The position numbers and the translations under genes are program-made. Positions 17,236 through 33,241 of a DNA stretch of 64,000 bases are shown here, in pieces. The first letter of the stretch is position 1; each line of letters opens with the position of its first letter. The DNA comes from Eledone cirrhosa (Eukaryota): NCBI GenBank assembly GCA_964016885.1, contig OZ024740.1, forward strand, positions 379,440,001 to 379,504,000, in the 5' to 3' direction. The notes below the pieces were generated by a model. It searched no databases. It had not been told where the DNA came from and worked only from the letters and a program-made list of their open reading frames with translations.

Positions 17236-17895
17236 GATAGATACAATATATTGAAAAGGTAACACACTATAATTAAAAATATAAATTAAAATGTATATAC
17301 GCACCTCTATAACTATATAACACACGCGTACAAATCCAAAGAGATCTGTTTCGCCAGGAAGTTGTTGACTGAAATGGAATAGCCTATGGTTCATCAGCGC
17401 ATGCAAGGCCATACATCTCAGACAACTCTAAGAGAATCTAAAGCGACCGACCTGCTACACGCGGGAGAGAGATGTCACAGCGTGTTTAGGGCAGTGAACC
17501 AGTGGTGTCTGAGGGACGAGCTGCTAGAAAGGGCAGCCCCAAAACCGCTCAGCCTTATAACAGTCTTTCCTCTCTCTGTTTGGTTGAGCACACTTCTCTG
17601 AGTGGTTTTGGGGCTGCCCTTTCTAGCAGCTCGTCCCTCAGACACCACTGATTCACTGCTCTAAACACGCTGTGACATCACTCTCCCGCGTGTGGTTGGA
17701 CTGTCTCTTTGGATTTGTACGCGTGTGTTATATAGTTATAGAGGTGCGTATATACATTTTAATTTATATTTTTAATTACTGTGTGTCTACCCTGCCTTTC
17801 ATAGGTTATAAATTCCATACAGTGGTGGTTTTTCCCTGTTTTATTCATGGCGCACTATCTCTCTCTAGTGTGTTACCTTTTCAACATATTGTATT
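17228..17895. mobile_element. Head-to-head inverted pair of the 980-1402 family; intact HHR on - strand at 17322-17404
   Basis: - arm 17228-17551, + arm 17578-17895 with internal deletion; HHR GCATGCG-CTGATGA..GAAA-CAGAT..ATTTG-TA-CGCGTGT. Confidence 0.8.
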
Positions 17896-17996
17896 TGAAA
17901 GAGCTCAGGATTCCTTTTCCTTTGAGCACATTATTGACAGGGAATAGCAAAAGTCTATGGCTCCGTTAATTTATCGTGATATATATATACATATAT

Positions 17997-18073
<77 letters not shown>

Positions 18074-18077
<4 letters not shown>

Positions 18078-18660
18078 GCGACTAGCACCACCTTGCCCTG
18101 GGAGAAAAAAACTAATTGGAGTTACTTCCCCGTGGCCAGTATATAAGGGAGTGTTCTGACGTCACTCGACCTCTCTTAGTCACTCACTCTCTTTTGGCGG
18201 CTTTTCTCAAACTGATCACATCGAGCGCAAGCATGCTAACCTTTTTCCAACCATAAAAATTCTCCTATCTCATATTTCTATTAAATTTAGTAGTTGGGAT
18301 CCGATGGTACTTACTGGAGTAAGTAACCCTGTAAGTAATTTTTAGTGAGCTGGTCCCAGAGTTACTTACTCCAGTAAGTACCACCGGATCTCGACTACTA
18401 AATTTTATAGAAATATGAGATAGGAGAATTTTTATACAATATCATACCGTGTGAGAATTATATTGGCATTTCTTCGCATTAAAGACTAGATACCTGTCCC
18501 GATAACTTATTTTAGTTATCGCTCGCACTGATTTCAGGTATCTAGTCTTTAATGTGAAGAAATACCAATGATAATTAGCAGACTACTGATGACGGACATC
18601 TTGTTTCACGGTCTATTTTTATTCATATGTATATATTCGCAACGACGCAGCACGCCATTG
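18074..18660 (+). mobile_element. Solo-LTR-like segment with two long hairpins
   Basis: Starts TGTAGCG; TATATAA at 18140; 75-bp stem 18253-18327/18361-18435; 35-bp stem 18462-18496/18535-18569; no clear terminal CA or TSD. Confidence 0.45.
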
Positions 18661-18662
18661 TG

Positions 18663-18730
<68 letters not shown>

Positions 18731-18771
18731 ATGTGTGTGTGTGTGCGTGCGTGTGTATGTGTGTGTATATA

Positions 18772-18890
<119 letters not shown>

Positions 18891-18916
18891 CGTGCGTGTG
18901 TATGTGTGTGTATATA

Positions 18917-18961
<45 letters not shown>

Positions 18962-18962
18962 A

Positions 18963-19109
<147 letters not shown>

Positions 19110-19200
19110 TGTGCGCGTGTATATATATATATATATATATATTAATTAAAAATTAGAATTGGTGCTCTGAAATAGCTATATATATATGAATGTATATATA

Positions 19201-19434
19201 GTGTATTTTGCAATACACTGTATGCTTAATTAAAAGCATTTCGAAGACCTTATGCTATTGTTTTAGAGTAGTGACAGACTCACTTACTTTAATTTTCAGC
19301 AAACAGGGGAGATAAAGCTGACAGGGCCCTGTTTGCTGAAAATTAAAGTAAGTGAGTCTGTCACTACTCTAAAACAATAGCATAAGGTCTTCGAAATGCT
19401 TTTAATTAAGCATACAGTGTATTGCAAAATACAC
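19201..19434. repeat. Perfect 108-bp-arm inverted repeat in (TA)n
   Basis: 19201-19308 vs 19327-19434; extra unique sequence (19141-19200) on one side only. Confidence 0.85.
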
Positions 19435-19565
<131 letters not shown>

Positions 19566-19593
19566 AACATATATATATATATATACAAACATA

Positions 19594-19695
<102 letters not shown>

Positions 19696-20599
19696 GACTT
19701 AGGAAGCATTGAAAAATTTGAAATTTGTGCATCCAGCATAAATGACCATAATAATAGTCAATCCTATAAATATTAGTTAAGAAAATTAGATAAAGTAACA
19801 CTGTATGCGGAAAAAAAGTTACCAGAAATGTCGATGAGGAATCAAACTATACATTCCTCGGCTAAAGAGCCGTTGGTTGCCCATTCCTTTATTATAGAAG
19901 ATTTTAATCCTGTAGTTAGAAGTGTAAACAAAACTGTTAACTGAGTAAGCCTTGGGAAAATTTGACACTTAAATGTATGCGTTGTATATTGTAGTTGTAG
20001 TTTAAATTTTTTAAATGTTTACTCTTGTATATATTTCTGTTCTGCATTGCAATTGTTAGAATATTTAGGATGATAGGTGATATATTCAGAAATAGAAATG
20101 TTATCTTTCCATGTTTCTATATGACGGTTAATTCTCGGTGGGCGGAGTCATATCATTAAGAATTATTTATCATTTTTTTTTGTCAGAAACTTATCTTCAA
20201 ACAATATAATTCAAGGTGGCCAAGCAGATGGTAAGAAAATATTTAGGAAATGTTGAGAAACATCTGATTAACAAAACTGTGTTATCAGAAATGAATCGCA
20301 CCAAAGAAATTTACTAAAAGTCTTTTGTTTGTTTTTTTACGGTTTAGTAATGAAAAATAAATTGCTCTACTGATTAACAAATGAAATTCCCTATATTGAT
20401 ATTAATTTCTGATTTAGGCCCAAGGCGAGCAAATTTTAGAAAAAGGGTAAAGTTGATTAAATCAACCTCAGCTGGTATTTTATTTTATCGAGCTTGGAAA
20501 GTTGAATGGCAAAGTTTATCTCAGCGGCATTTGAACTCAGATCCAGAACAAATACCACAATGGTATTTTATTCAACGCCCTACCAATTCTCTCTATCCA

Positions 20600-21245
20600 T
20601 CACCCTCCCAATACTAGGGAGTTGAGGTAGGAGTGTGTGTCAGAGAGGTTGTAGAAGATGGAGGTAATGGGGGAGTGGTGAGAGTGGTTAATAGAGAGGT
20701 AGGTGTCCAGAAATTGAACAGAAGAGTCGGAAGCGGAGATAGGGAAAGTAAGAGTGGGATGGAAAATTGGATAAAGAAAAGAGTCGAGCTGTTCACGGGA
20801 GAGAGAGGTGACGCCGATACTATCGTTCATGTAACGGCCGTATAACTCCGGGATACATCGGGAAAAGTTTTGGGCTTCAACGTAGCCGACGAACAAGTTA
20901 GTGTAGTTAGGGCTCATTACAGTTCCTATGGCTACGCCAGAGACCTGCTGGTAATATTCCCATGAAAAGGAAAAACCGTTGAGAGTGAAAACGAGGTCAG
21001 CAAGCCGGAAAACAGTGGACGTGCTAGGATAGGGGGTGGGACGTAAGTCTAAAAAGTGTTGGAGAGTGCGGTCGTTTCTACTTCTGCTCACTTTTCTCTC
21101 TCTTTCTATTTCTTCTTTAATTTATCATTCTAATTTCTGATAACGGTCTAGCGTCTGAAACGTTAAAAAGTTTCCTACTAAATCAAGTGTGAAACTAATA
21201 CATATCTTCATTTTACTTCATTGTCTGTTGTGTTTTTTCCTTTTA

Positions 21246-21248
<3 letters not shown>
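20600..21248 (-). mobile_element. PLE RT fragment with a 5'-inverted pLTR
   Basis: ORF 20600-21091 (NGFSF..YYQQVSGVAIGT..GRYMND..VQFLD); adjacent 21092-21248 has a + strand degenerate HHR CTGATAA..GAAACGTTA (21137-21165). Confidence 0.75.
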
Positions 21249-21320
<72 letters not shown>

Positions 21321-22015
21321 ATATAGTTACCAGCTTAGAAATAGAAAAGTACACAAACCCGTACGTCCCTCTGACGCCTAGATTCTCCCTTAAGGATCAC
21401 AAATGTAACTTTAATGAAAGCCCCTCTATTAGACGAATATGTCCCTCTACATCTGATATATGTAAGATTAGTAAAGTGATCCTCGATAGAGTACTACTGG
21501 AGCTTAATAGAAAGGCTAAGGTCTGCCTCTGGGGCAACACCGACCAGGTCATAAACTGGTTCACCGAGTTGCCTGATAAAGCGACCCTGAAGTTCATCCA
21601 GTTTGATATAGATAGTTACTACGTCTCTATCTCCCCCATACTCTTAAATAAGGCACTCATATTAGCTAAATCTAACACTAGCCTCACTAAAAAAGAAATA
21701 GACATAGTTCTAGCGGCTCGTAGAACCATTATCCAGTTCGAAGGCTCCCACTGGACCAGAACCAACCGTCCTGATAACTTCGATATCACGATGGGGTCCA
21801 GCGACTCAGCGCAAGCAACTGACCAGGTCGGAATATACCTCCTCCATAAGCTTAGGGACTAGATACCGTCCCTACAAGGAGGTGTATATAGGGACGACGC
21901 CCTGTTTACCGTTAGGAACCATAGCCCTCGTAGGGTAGAGAACCTTAACAAGCATATACACAGGTTCTTCAAGTCATACGGCCTATCCGTAACTATAGAC
22001 CTCAACTTCCTGGAC

Positions 22016-23566
22016 GTGACCCTGGAGTTGAGTACGGGCCTATACAAGCCATACCATACGCCTGGAGAGAGCCTTTCTTATATTAATTATGCCTCCAACC
22101 ACCCTAAGCAGACTCTCAACTCCATAGTCTATAGCATCTCACATAGGATATCGAGGCTCTCCGCAAATGAGGATATCTTCAACCAAGCGGCAGATTACTA
22201 CAATAGGGCCTTAATAAGCGTTGGCTTTAACCGAGGAATTTCCTGCATCCCTAACGCTAGATCCAGAAACCACCCCCTTCATAAGACGAACGTTATAGTA
22301 AGCCATACCTATAACCGATCACGCGGCGACTTCGTAGGAGTCGGATATAATAGTATAGATAATCGCACTAAGGAACACGGCCGCAACGTTAATTACACTG
22401 GCGATGGTATAAGTAACTTACCACACAATAAAGATCACGACCCCGGTGACAGTGACCACTGTAGCCTACTCGAATTATTCCCCTACTATAAAATCAACAA
22501 AGGCGACGGCCTACTACCAACGCCTTCCAACCAACATCTTCCTGTACATAAACATAGAAGAAGGAAGAAGAGTGCACCCGAGCATAAAGTGAAAGGGGCA
22601 CGTAACGGGCTACAGCGCATTAACAAGCATAAGAACGGTCACCTCGACGGAACCACCCGTAGCAAACGTACAAGGACACGTAATCGCCACCGTAACATCC
22701 TATGGTTCCATCCCCCCTACTCTCGGAGTGTGGCCTCCAACATACCCCGGATATTCTTCGAAGCCTTAGAGAAGAACTTCCCACCCAACCGTAGGTATAG
22801 AAAAACCCTTAATAGGAACAATATAAAAATATTCTTCTCTACTACTCCTAACCTAGCAGACATCATAGGAACGACTAATCACAGTAAGATCATCAAGACA
22901 CAGCACCTTAGCACAGACGCACCTACACCTGACAATAACTATATCGGCCTTAACGACTCCTTAGCAGCATCCAATAGTGCTGGCAACAGCCTCTACAGAC
23001 GCAACCAGCATGACCGCGACATGACTGGGGAACATGCAGAACATGACTTGCGGAATAATAATGGTACCAACCCGCGCACAGTGGGTTATAATGGTGCTAA
23101 CGACAGGTGCGGGAACGTAGATAGCAATAATGATAGCCTTACCGTGGGAATTAGAAGGGACCGCGACAGAAATTGCAACTGCTTGACTGATAGGGTTATA
23201 TATAGATGCACTGTAACTAGCCATAATAGCGTTAAACATTATATAGGGGCTACCTCTGGCCCGTTCAAAATTAGATTTCGAACACATCTCCACTCTTTCA
23301 CAAATAAGAAATTAAGGCACTCCACTTCGCTCGCGGACTACATCACATCATTAAAAGACTTAAACATCAGCTTCTCCGCACACTGGGATATTGTCGGCAG
23401 GGCTGCACCGTACAACTTCAAGAGGAAGTGCGATCTTTGCCTCATGGAGCTCCACCACATCATAACGGCACCCCACGAGCTCATCAACAGCAGAGCTGAA
23501 ACGACGATAAGCTGTACACATCGCTTAAAAATATCCTTCTTCAGATGGGATAAGGATGAGGAGTGA
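22016..23566 (+). pseudogene. PLE RT thumb, linker and GIY-YIG endonuclease (open portion)
   Basis: 516-aa open segment in the ORF track, in frame with 21476-21862. Confidence 0.85.
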
Positions 23567-23941
23567 AACCCTATACCGGGTCTCCCTGCAACAAGCTTTA
23601 ACACCCCGGCGAGCAGGTGCTGCAAAAAACATCCGGAAACTAACCATGCATCCCAGACCCAGCTTCAAATGACCCAGGCGAGCAGGTGCAGAAAAACAAA
23701 CGTCTCAAAACAAACGTTGCTTCCCTGACCCTGTGCTTATCGACAATTGTAAGGTTGTAACCACATCTTGTAACGGATAAAAAAATTGTCCGGGAAAGAC
23801 TGCCCTAACATCGGCCAGAGTTACCTCCCTTGACCTACTGCAAATTCAAAACACGCTTTTTTTGCGAAGAATGAACTCTGACATGAACTAACCTCCAAAA
23901 ACACTTTCCGGGCCATGTAAGGAACACTTTTAGTTATTTAT

Positions 23942-23981
23942 GCCCTTGAGAAGCCCATCCGGGCGAAACGTACGTAGGTGC
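23942..23981 (+). ncRNA. Minimal type I hammerhead, UUGAGAA (U3:A8) variant
   Basis: GCCC-TTGAGAA-GCCC-ATCC-GGGC-GAAA-CGTACG-TA-GGTGC. Confidence 0.7.
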
Positions 23982-24198
23982 TGTTTTAAATAAACATGTA
24001 TTAACGGTCTGTTCTCCTATTTCTTACTTTTCCACGTGCTTACGCTCTACTAATTCTCTCGCTCACTAAATATTAAAACTTCTAATATTAACACTGCCGG
24101 CACTAGTATTGAGCACCTTCTGCATACGCTATTTGGCAAATAACTACATGTATCACCTATCCCTCCTTTTTTCTCTCTCTCGATACGTAAATACTATA

Positions 24199-24231
<33 letters not shown>

Positions 24232-24894
24232 CTTCAGTTCAGTTCCTTTGGCTCCCTATGGAGCATTGGGTGGGTTTTCGTCATTTCTGAAACAATTTTG
24301 ATTAATGGAGGTATGACTGCTTGCCTTACGCTCCATCCTTCCACCTTTCTCAACACAGCTTGAAAACCAGCCTAGTGTTCCGAAGTCACCATGGATAGAG
24401 ACCTATTTCAGGTACTGTCAGCCTGAGCCAGCTGAGCCTGGAACTCAAATGACTTCACACTATATTCAAAGCAACAGTAGATAATACTAACTTTATTATT
24501 GGAATAATATTTCTTTAATCATTTCACTCTACTTTCAAAGATGCATTGGTTAATGTTACGTCCTAGGTTTAAAATAATATTACCTTGAATCCTAGATCAC
24601 TGAGTGTCCGATATTAAAGTAACGTTTCTTCAAATAACTTTACTCTATTTTCAAAGGAACAGTAGATAATACTAGGTCCAGTATTGAAATAAAGTTTCTA
24701 TAAATTGTTTTACTCTACTTTTCAAAGAGACAGTGGGTAACGGTAAGTCCAGTTTTGAAATAATATTTCTTTAAATCCTAAATAGTATCGCTATAAAGAA
24801 CAATTAACGTTCATTTCCCAAGAAAGAAATATGTGTAACTGATTTGTGATGGAGATGTTGTGTTCTATAAATGTCGCTGCTGATGAACTAAAAG

Positions 24895-25083
24895 TACCGT
24901 AATTGATGGTATATGATACCATACCTTCCTCCAAAAAGGGCTAAAATAATATCACCCAGGTCTTATATGCGAAGTCGAATTATCAATAATATTAAATGCT
25001 TACACATAAACACACAAAACATTTTTTTAAATATTCTCAATTGGAATGAAGGCGGGGTGCTCTATATGCGATAAAATACGGTA
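24895..25083. mobile_element. Tc1/mariner-pogo-type MITE
   Basis: Ends TA-CCGTAATT ... AAAATACGG-TA; about 190 bp. Confidence 0.5.
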
Positions 25084-25642
25084 CTTCTCCACATTAATAT
25101 GCAATAAGGGCCTACTTAAATTTTGCTCTACCAGATTAAGATGGATAGCCCACCCACCATTGTGTTATCAAATAAAATATTCAAAGAGACATTATTTTTA
25201 AAGAGACATTGATTGCCGTGAAAAGAAAAACCTGTTCAGACTCGAGTTAGTAACAATCAGATTAGGTTAATCGAGCGATGTGTTGTGTTCTTAAGTAAAA
25301 CATTTCGTCATTTCATATCACCTTGCTCCAGTCTATCCAACTGAAAAACATTGTCGGCGAACAATTTGCAATAGACTGGCGTCTCGTCCAGGAGGTTTTT
25401 ACATTTATTGTTATAACTTGAAAGTATTCAAAACATACATTTTAAAAATTTGATTCACACAGCCCCGGCGGACAGAATGTAGAAGGCGTTTCCCCGGGGG
25501 ACGGCAAGGGAGACGTGCTCGTCGTTTAATGCTAATGAAACCTGGATAGAAAGCAGCGCTGGATCTGAATAGTAAATTAATAAATGTATATATGTGTGTA
25601 TGTGTATGTATGTATATATGTGTGTGTGTGCATGTTTATATA

Positions 25643-25743
<101 letters not shown>

Positions 25744-25852
25744 ATACTTTGGAAGGGTCATGACCCTAAAAAAGTATAACAATATTTGTTTCAACACACG
25801 TTTTCAGATAAGAAATCTTGCAAAACAAATTCATAAACTAAGTATATATATG

Positions 25853-26001
<149 letters not shown>

Positions 26002-26036
26002 TATATATATATATATATATACTTACATATATATAT

Positions 26037-26082
<46 letters not shown>

Positions 26083-26227
26083 ATATGCATATATATATAT
26101 GTGTGATGTGTGTGTTTACCTATGCGTGTATACATGTATGTATATGTATGTATTAATATATCTCTATGTATCTCAGTATATTCATCGTTCTCAGTAGCAA
26201 ATTCTCGCTTTTCGTTTTTACTCTCAT

Positions 26228-26291
<64 letters not shown>

Positions 26292-26648
26292 TCTCTCTTT
26301 CTCTCACTCTCTCTCTCTCTCACCCTCTCTCTCTCTCCCCCTCTCTTTCTCTCTCTCGTTATCTCCGTATCTCAGTCTCTCTAGCTGCCTATCTCACACA
26401 CAGATTCTCTTTCCTCTCATCCTCCCCCCTTTTCAGTTTATGAACACACACATACAGATACATAAATACACCCACATCCCACATACACATGTCCGATTCT
26501 ATATATTAAGATAACCTTGGTGCAGATGCTTTCAAAATATGCACAAGTAATTTGCCCAATATTGGAAGAGGATTGACTAAATTATAACATCCTCTCTTGA
26601 GATTAGTGTGGAATTTATCCAAGATAAAAGTTCTTAGCTGATGACATA

Positions 26649-26732
<84 letters not shown>

Positions 26733-27469
26733 TAGAGTTAGGGAGATAGAGGGAGAAAGAGGTGAGAGAGATAGGAATGAGGGAGAGAGAGAGGAAAGAG
26801 AGAAAGAAATTGTGATAGAAATAGTAAGAGAATCATTTTGCAAGAATGGTGTGTGCAAGTAAGGGATGAATGAATATTTGAGAAAGTGAGAAAGAAAGAT
26901 AAGAACGTGGGAGCATTTATATAGATAGTAATGCGAACTGATCCTATCTCAAACAATGGTTTCAAAACACAACAGACAGCATTTGAATACCACAATCTAT
27001 ATCGAAAAATATCATGCATATCAATAAGTACATAAACCGAATATCTATAACTGAAGAAAATAAGATCATGGAAATTGGCAAACATTTCTGAGAATATAAT
27101 CAGTAATTGATAAAACATAACGATCAAAGATCTACTGGGTAAATTTGACGCCGTCGATGCCAGAAGTAGAACAGATCTCATAGAAACAAATCATTAGGTC
27201 GTACTACATATTTTAGAGAAAAAATTACTGTAAATATAGATATGGAAAGTTGCTTATCTATGACAACAAGGTATTATATCTCCGATAGTCTATTTCAATA
27301 TCAAAAGAGCAAAACTGATGCCAAATATATAGAAAGAGTGATAAAAGAACTAATTCAGTGAGATATAAATATAAAGGAATAGTTCTCCTTGATATTGTCG
27401 TAAATTTGTAGCTAATATCATAAATATGTATCTTATATTGGCGATGAAGGGAATATTCGATGCGGTATT

Positions 27470-27632
27470 TGTTCTGGTTCTTCACGTTCTGAGTTCAAAT
27501 CCCGCCGAGGTTAGCTTTGCCTTTCATCCTTACGGGGTCGATAAATAAAACACTGGGGTCGATTTAATCGACTTTCCCCTCCTCTTCAAATTGCTGGCCT
27601 TGTGCCTAAAGTAAAAACAATTATTATTATCA
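27470..27632 (+). mobile_element. tRNA-derived SINE, family 1 (diverged head)
   Basis: GTTCAAATCCCGCCGAGG..CTTTCATCC..(ATT)n tail. Confidence 0.8.
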
Positions 27633-30600
27633 TATGTAAAAATACGTTCGCTTTTTGAAACGCCAGCACGCTACATAAGAACTATAAGTAATAGTCGGCT
27701 AAAATACCAGTGGCATAGAAAAAAAGGAAAAGGCTGCATACGAGAATCGAACCACACATCTGTCGCATACTAGATGATCATGTTTAACCATTACACCAGA
27801 GCGTCTCTGCTCGCTTCTTTCAGTTATTTTAGAAGTTTTAACTGTTCAATTTAAAAGTGTAATCATGGATTCGTTTTGGAAGAATTGAATTGAGGAAATT
27901 TGAAAATATGATTGCTTTTTGAAAAGCCAACACAATACAGATGAACAATAAGTACGAGTCAAATAAGTCGGGTAAAAACCCCTGGAGAGAGAGGGGAAAA
28001 TGCGGAGAGAACCGCCTGCAGAAATCGAATCACGCATCTGCCCTATACCGAATGACCATTGCACCAAATTTCAGAAGCTTTGACTGTTCAAGCTAGAAAT
28101 GTAAACAATGATTCGCCGATTTATATCTCAGAGTAGGTTTCTTTTTATTTTCTCAGCAAAACTGTTCTACGGGAGAACTTGTCGCAGATAGTGGATAGGG
28201 ATACATCCACTAAATCTGATGGTTAGTTGCGATATAAGTGGGCTCCTGGTGGAAAAATAAGAAACCCCGAACCAAACAGCGGTAAGCTACTAAGGGAGAT
28301 TGACCAGTGGGAGATATTGTTAACTTCCAAGGAAACTCTCACAACCCAGTGATGTAATTACGACGAAGCTAGTAAAGGACGCTTCTAAAATAAAGCCTAG
28401 TCTTCGAGGCTTCTGGAAAAATTACCAAATTGGTGTCTGGCGCGAATAATGCCACCAAAACTGCAGTGCCGTCATGTTCAATAAAACCAATCGTAGCGCA
28501 ATCACCAAAAAAACTGGCGATGGGCCTGTGATCTGACTTGCGAGGCGTGGAATAGACGTGGAATATGCCGAGACACTCTGCTGTCCTATATTGACGACCG
28601 CGTTTAACTATCACATCAAATTTCAGAAACTTCCATTCGCCGATTTATATCTCAAAGCAGGTTTCTTTTTATTGATATTCGAATAATGATTTAATGACCT
28701 GCATTTGGAGAATCTACTTCATGTTTTTAATTTAAGACTACTGGCATCAAAGATTATTGATAAATATCTCGTTATATAACCAAATGAGCCATTGGTTATT
28801 AATATAAGAATTCTGAAATTATTGACAAATTCCTCGTGATGTGATGATTTATTATACTGCATTAATGCGAAAGTTACCAACGAATGGCGTGGTGTATGTT
28901 TATTGTTGCTTAGTTCAAGATCAACCATGATAGAGCATGTTCAATGCCTTCTAGTCTAGACCAATTCATTTTTTGTGTGTAATGGATTTCATTATATCCT
29001 TTTAAGAATGTATCCTCTTGAATACTATGGATTATATTGCATTATTTTAAAACTCCAAGGTTTGATTTGTGGAAGATTTGGCTAGTATTTGTAGTAAGTT
29101 GAGCCACTACATATGACTCCTTTCACGGCGTGCGTTGATGGACGGCCAACAACAGTAGATGAATAGCTAAATCTCTTCCTGTTAAATTGTTTTATCACTA
29201 CAGAGAATTGTTTTATCACTACAGAGAAGGAGGAAGAGGAGTAGTAGCCTACTGCTCACTGAATAGACCTACAATAAAAGATATTCTACCCATGACTGCC
29301 ACTTTTCTCACTCAATGCGAATGTAGAACTACATTATTCAATGTTTCCCTCCCTTTTCAAAGGAGTAGTAAGCAATTTTAGAGAGATCTCATTGCTATTT
29401 CTAGCAATTCGAACGTCCACATAGATTTTTCTCGTTGGTTCGTTAAATGTACTTAACTACACGAATGCAATCTTTAGTGAAAACATTGAAATTTTTTCTA
29501 GCAATTATTGAGCACAAGAAAATTTCCTTTATTTCTAAAAATGTCGAAATTTTTATGGAATTTCTGCCATCTAGTCTCTAATACAATTCCACTGCAACTG
29601 GTGAAAATTAGCAGATATTCACACCTCATGAACATAACGAATAGAGAATATAACACTTTTTTGTGTTCTCAAATTGTTAAAACGGCTCTAGTACAATGTA
29701 ATAGTTTCAATAGTTTCATTCTGAACACTCAAGCTAAAAAGTTCCAGTTTAGAAATACTTTCTTACATAGAAATAATTAACATATTCGAGTGTATTTCGA
29801 CTATATAACTGTCGCACATCATTAACCACGAGAATGGGTGAGGACAACATTATAATCGTTTTTTTTGTTTTGTTTTTTTCTAATTTCTTCCTGAATATAT
29901 TAAATTTCGCTTTATCAAACTTCATATTTTTTCAAATTTAAAGCACTAATGTACCGTCATCATTCAACCATTTTAAAACATAATTACAGCTGTTAAAAAT
30001 ATCAAATACCATATCCTACTTTAGTTATATATCTGGGTTGCTATGAAAAAGTTTCTGTGCTTGTGAAAATATTTGTGTTAATTCAGCAGAGTCAACGGCC
30101 ATCCAAATAGTACTTTTTTTTTACCTGGCCCCCAGTTGTCACAACACCTTCCTAAGAGAGGGAAACTCTGAAAAAGAAACCTGCGGCTTCGGAAGCATCC
30201 GATGATGTTGACTAGTTCTCCTTTTCAGGTAGTGTTTTCGATGCTCAGAGAGTATGATTGGTCGAGTGTAAGGCCTTTCCCCACTTAAAGACTAGGGGTT
30301 GTTTCCCTTCTATTTCCCTTCTATCCCCCCCTCCCGTGGGTTCAGATAACAGTCAGTTCCTTAGCTTTACATAGAACTAAATGCCTGTTGAAAAAGTGAC
30401 TTCCTTGTTCGATCATCATACCCAAAAAATACCCACTTAAAAAACCTTCAGAGCACAGGTATTGCTTGTTCAGGTTATGTTACAGGTTCGTGTGGTTGGT
30501 CGTAGCCTAAAAGTGCACCATTTTATGGATTCTGACAAGCGATTGCAATACTCTTAGCAGAGTTTGCAGCTATCATATATATATATATTTCAAAATAGTG

Positions 30601-30798
30601 AGATTGTGAGTTCGATTCCTGGGCAGGACACTTTATTTCACTCAGCTGTAAAAATGGGCTGTCACAGCTTACAAGTTGTATCGGTCTTTGTCAATAATGG
30701 TGATGTGAAGAGGGGAAACAGGAATGTATGGGCAATTGCTAGCCTTTTACAAAAATATTCTGCCCGGGATTGTTCCTTTCTATATATATTTGCAAGAG

Positions 30799-31343
<545 letters not shown>

Positions 31344-31344
31344 T

Positions 31345-32378
<1,034 letters not shown>

Positions 32379-33145
32379 CTTTTATATATATATTGGCCTT
32401 TTAAAGTACGTTGTTGCTCTAGTTCACCAGTTTCTATGGAGCACTTGCCACACATCTCGGAAAAAATTACTATCTCGGAAGTTGTTTTTCGCTAATTTCC
32501 AATAGCCGAAATGCGATTTTCGCTAATTTATATTTGTATTAATCTCCAGAGTCTAGCTATTAACCAGTTAATTTTTTTTGATTTTTTTAGTTAATTCTAT
32601 TGTCTGTTTAATAGCTTATGTTAATTTAAAAAAACTATTCTGTTGAGAGCTTAATTCGTTTTGTGATATTTTGCAATTTTGCAATAACCACACATACTGA
32701 ATTCATCCGCCAAGACTAGGGGTTGTTTCCCTTCTATCCCCCCCCCCTCCTGTTGGTTCAGATAACAGTCAGTTCCTTAGCTTTACATAGAACTAAATGC
32801 CTGTTGAAAAAGTGACTTCCTTGTTCGATCATCATACCAAAAGCTTAACATTATTTGTTTAAGCAGACAGTACCTGATTTAGGAGTTGCAGAAACCCCAT
32901 ACTGGATTTTACCACAGTTTCCAGAGGTCCGGGTATAATTTTCAATCATATTTTATTATTTGTTTGACCCGAATAGCTTACTCGTTTCTATGGCTTTGCG
33001 GATAATGGTTTAACCATCGTCTCAGTGTGTTTGACCTTTTAACGTACATTGTTGCTCTAATTCACCCGTTTCTATGGAGCGCTTGCCACACATCTCGGAA
33101 GTTGTTTTTCGCTAATTTCCAATAGTCGAAATGCGATTCTCGCTA

Positions 33146-33237
<92 letters not shown>

Positions 33238-33241
<4 letters not shown>

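Larger units (their letters stand above)
21319..24195 (+). mobile_element. 5'-truncated Naiad-like PLE
   Basis: One frame 21320-23566 with a single TAG at 21860; LKDHK, QFDIDSYY, FDITMGS, GVYRDD, WFHPPYS, VIY..YIGAT, CDLC; HHR at 23942-23981; (TA)n flanks. Confidence 0.9.

Noticed and set aside
18586-18625. CTGATGA as a hammerhead core
   Set aside because: No downstream GAAA, stem III or stem I partner
21860-21862. Selenocysteine recoding as reported for some Naiad PLEs
   Set aside because: The in-frame stop is TAG, not TGA; I saw no TGA at conserved Cys positions in either Naiad-like copy
28369-28614. - strand ORF with SDHRPI as a host phosphatase exon
   Set aside because: No other support; the + strand looks more like a decayed RTE 5' region (IGVW..LARRGID..AET)
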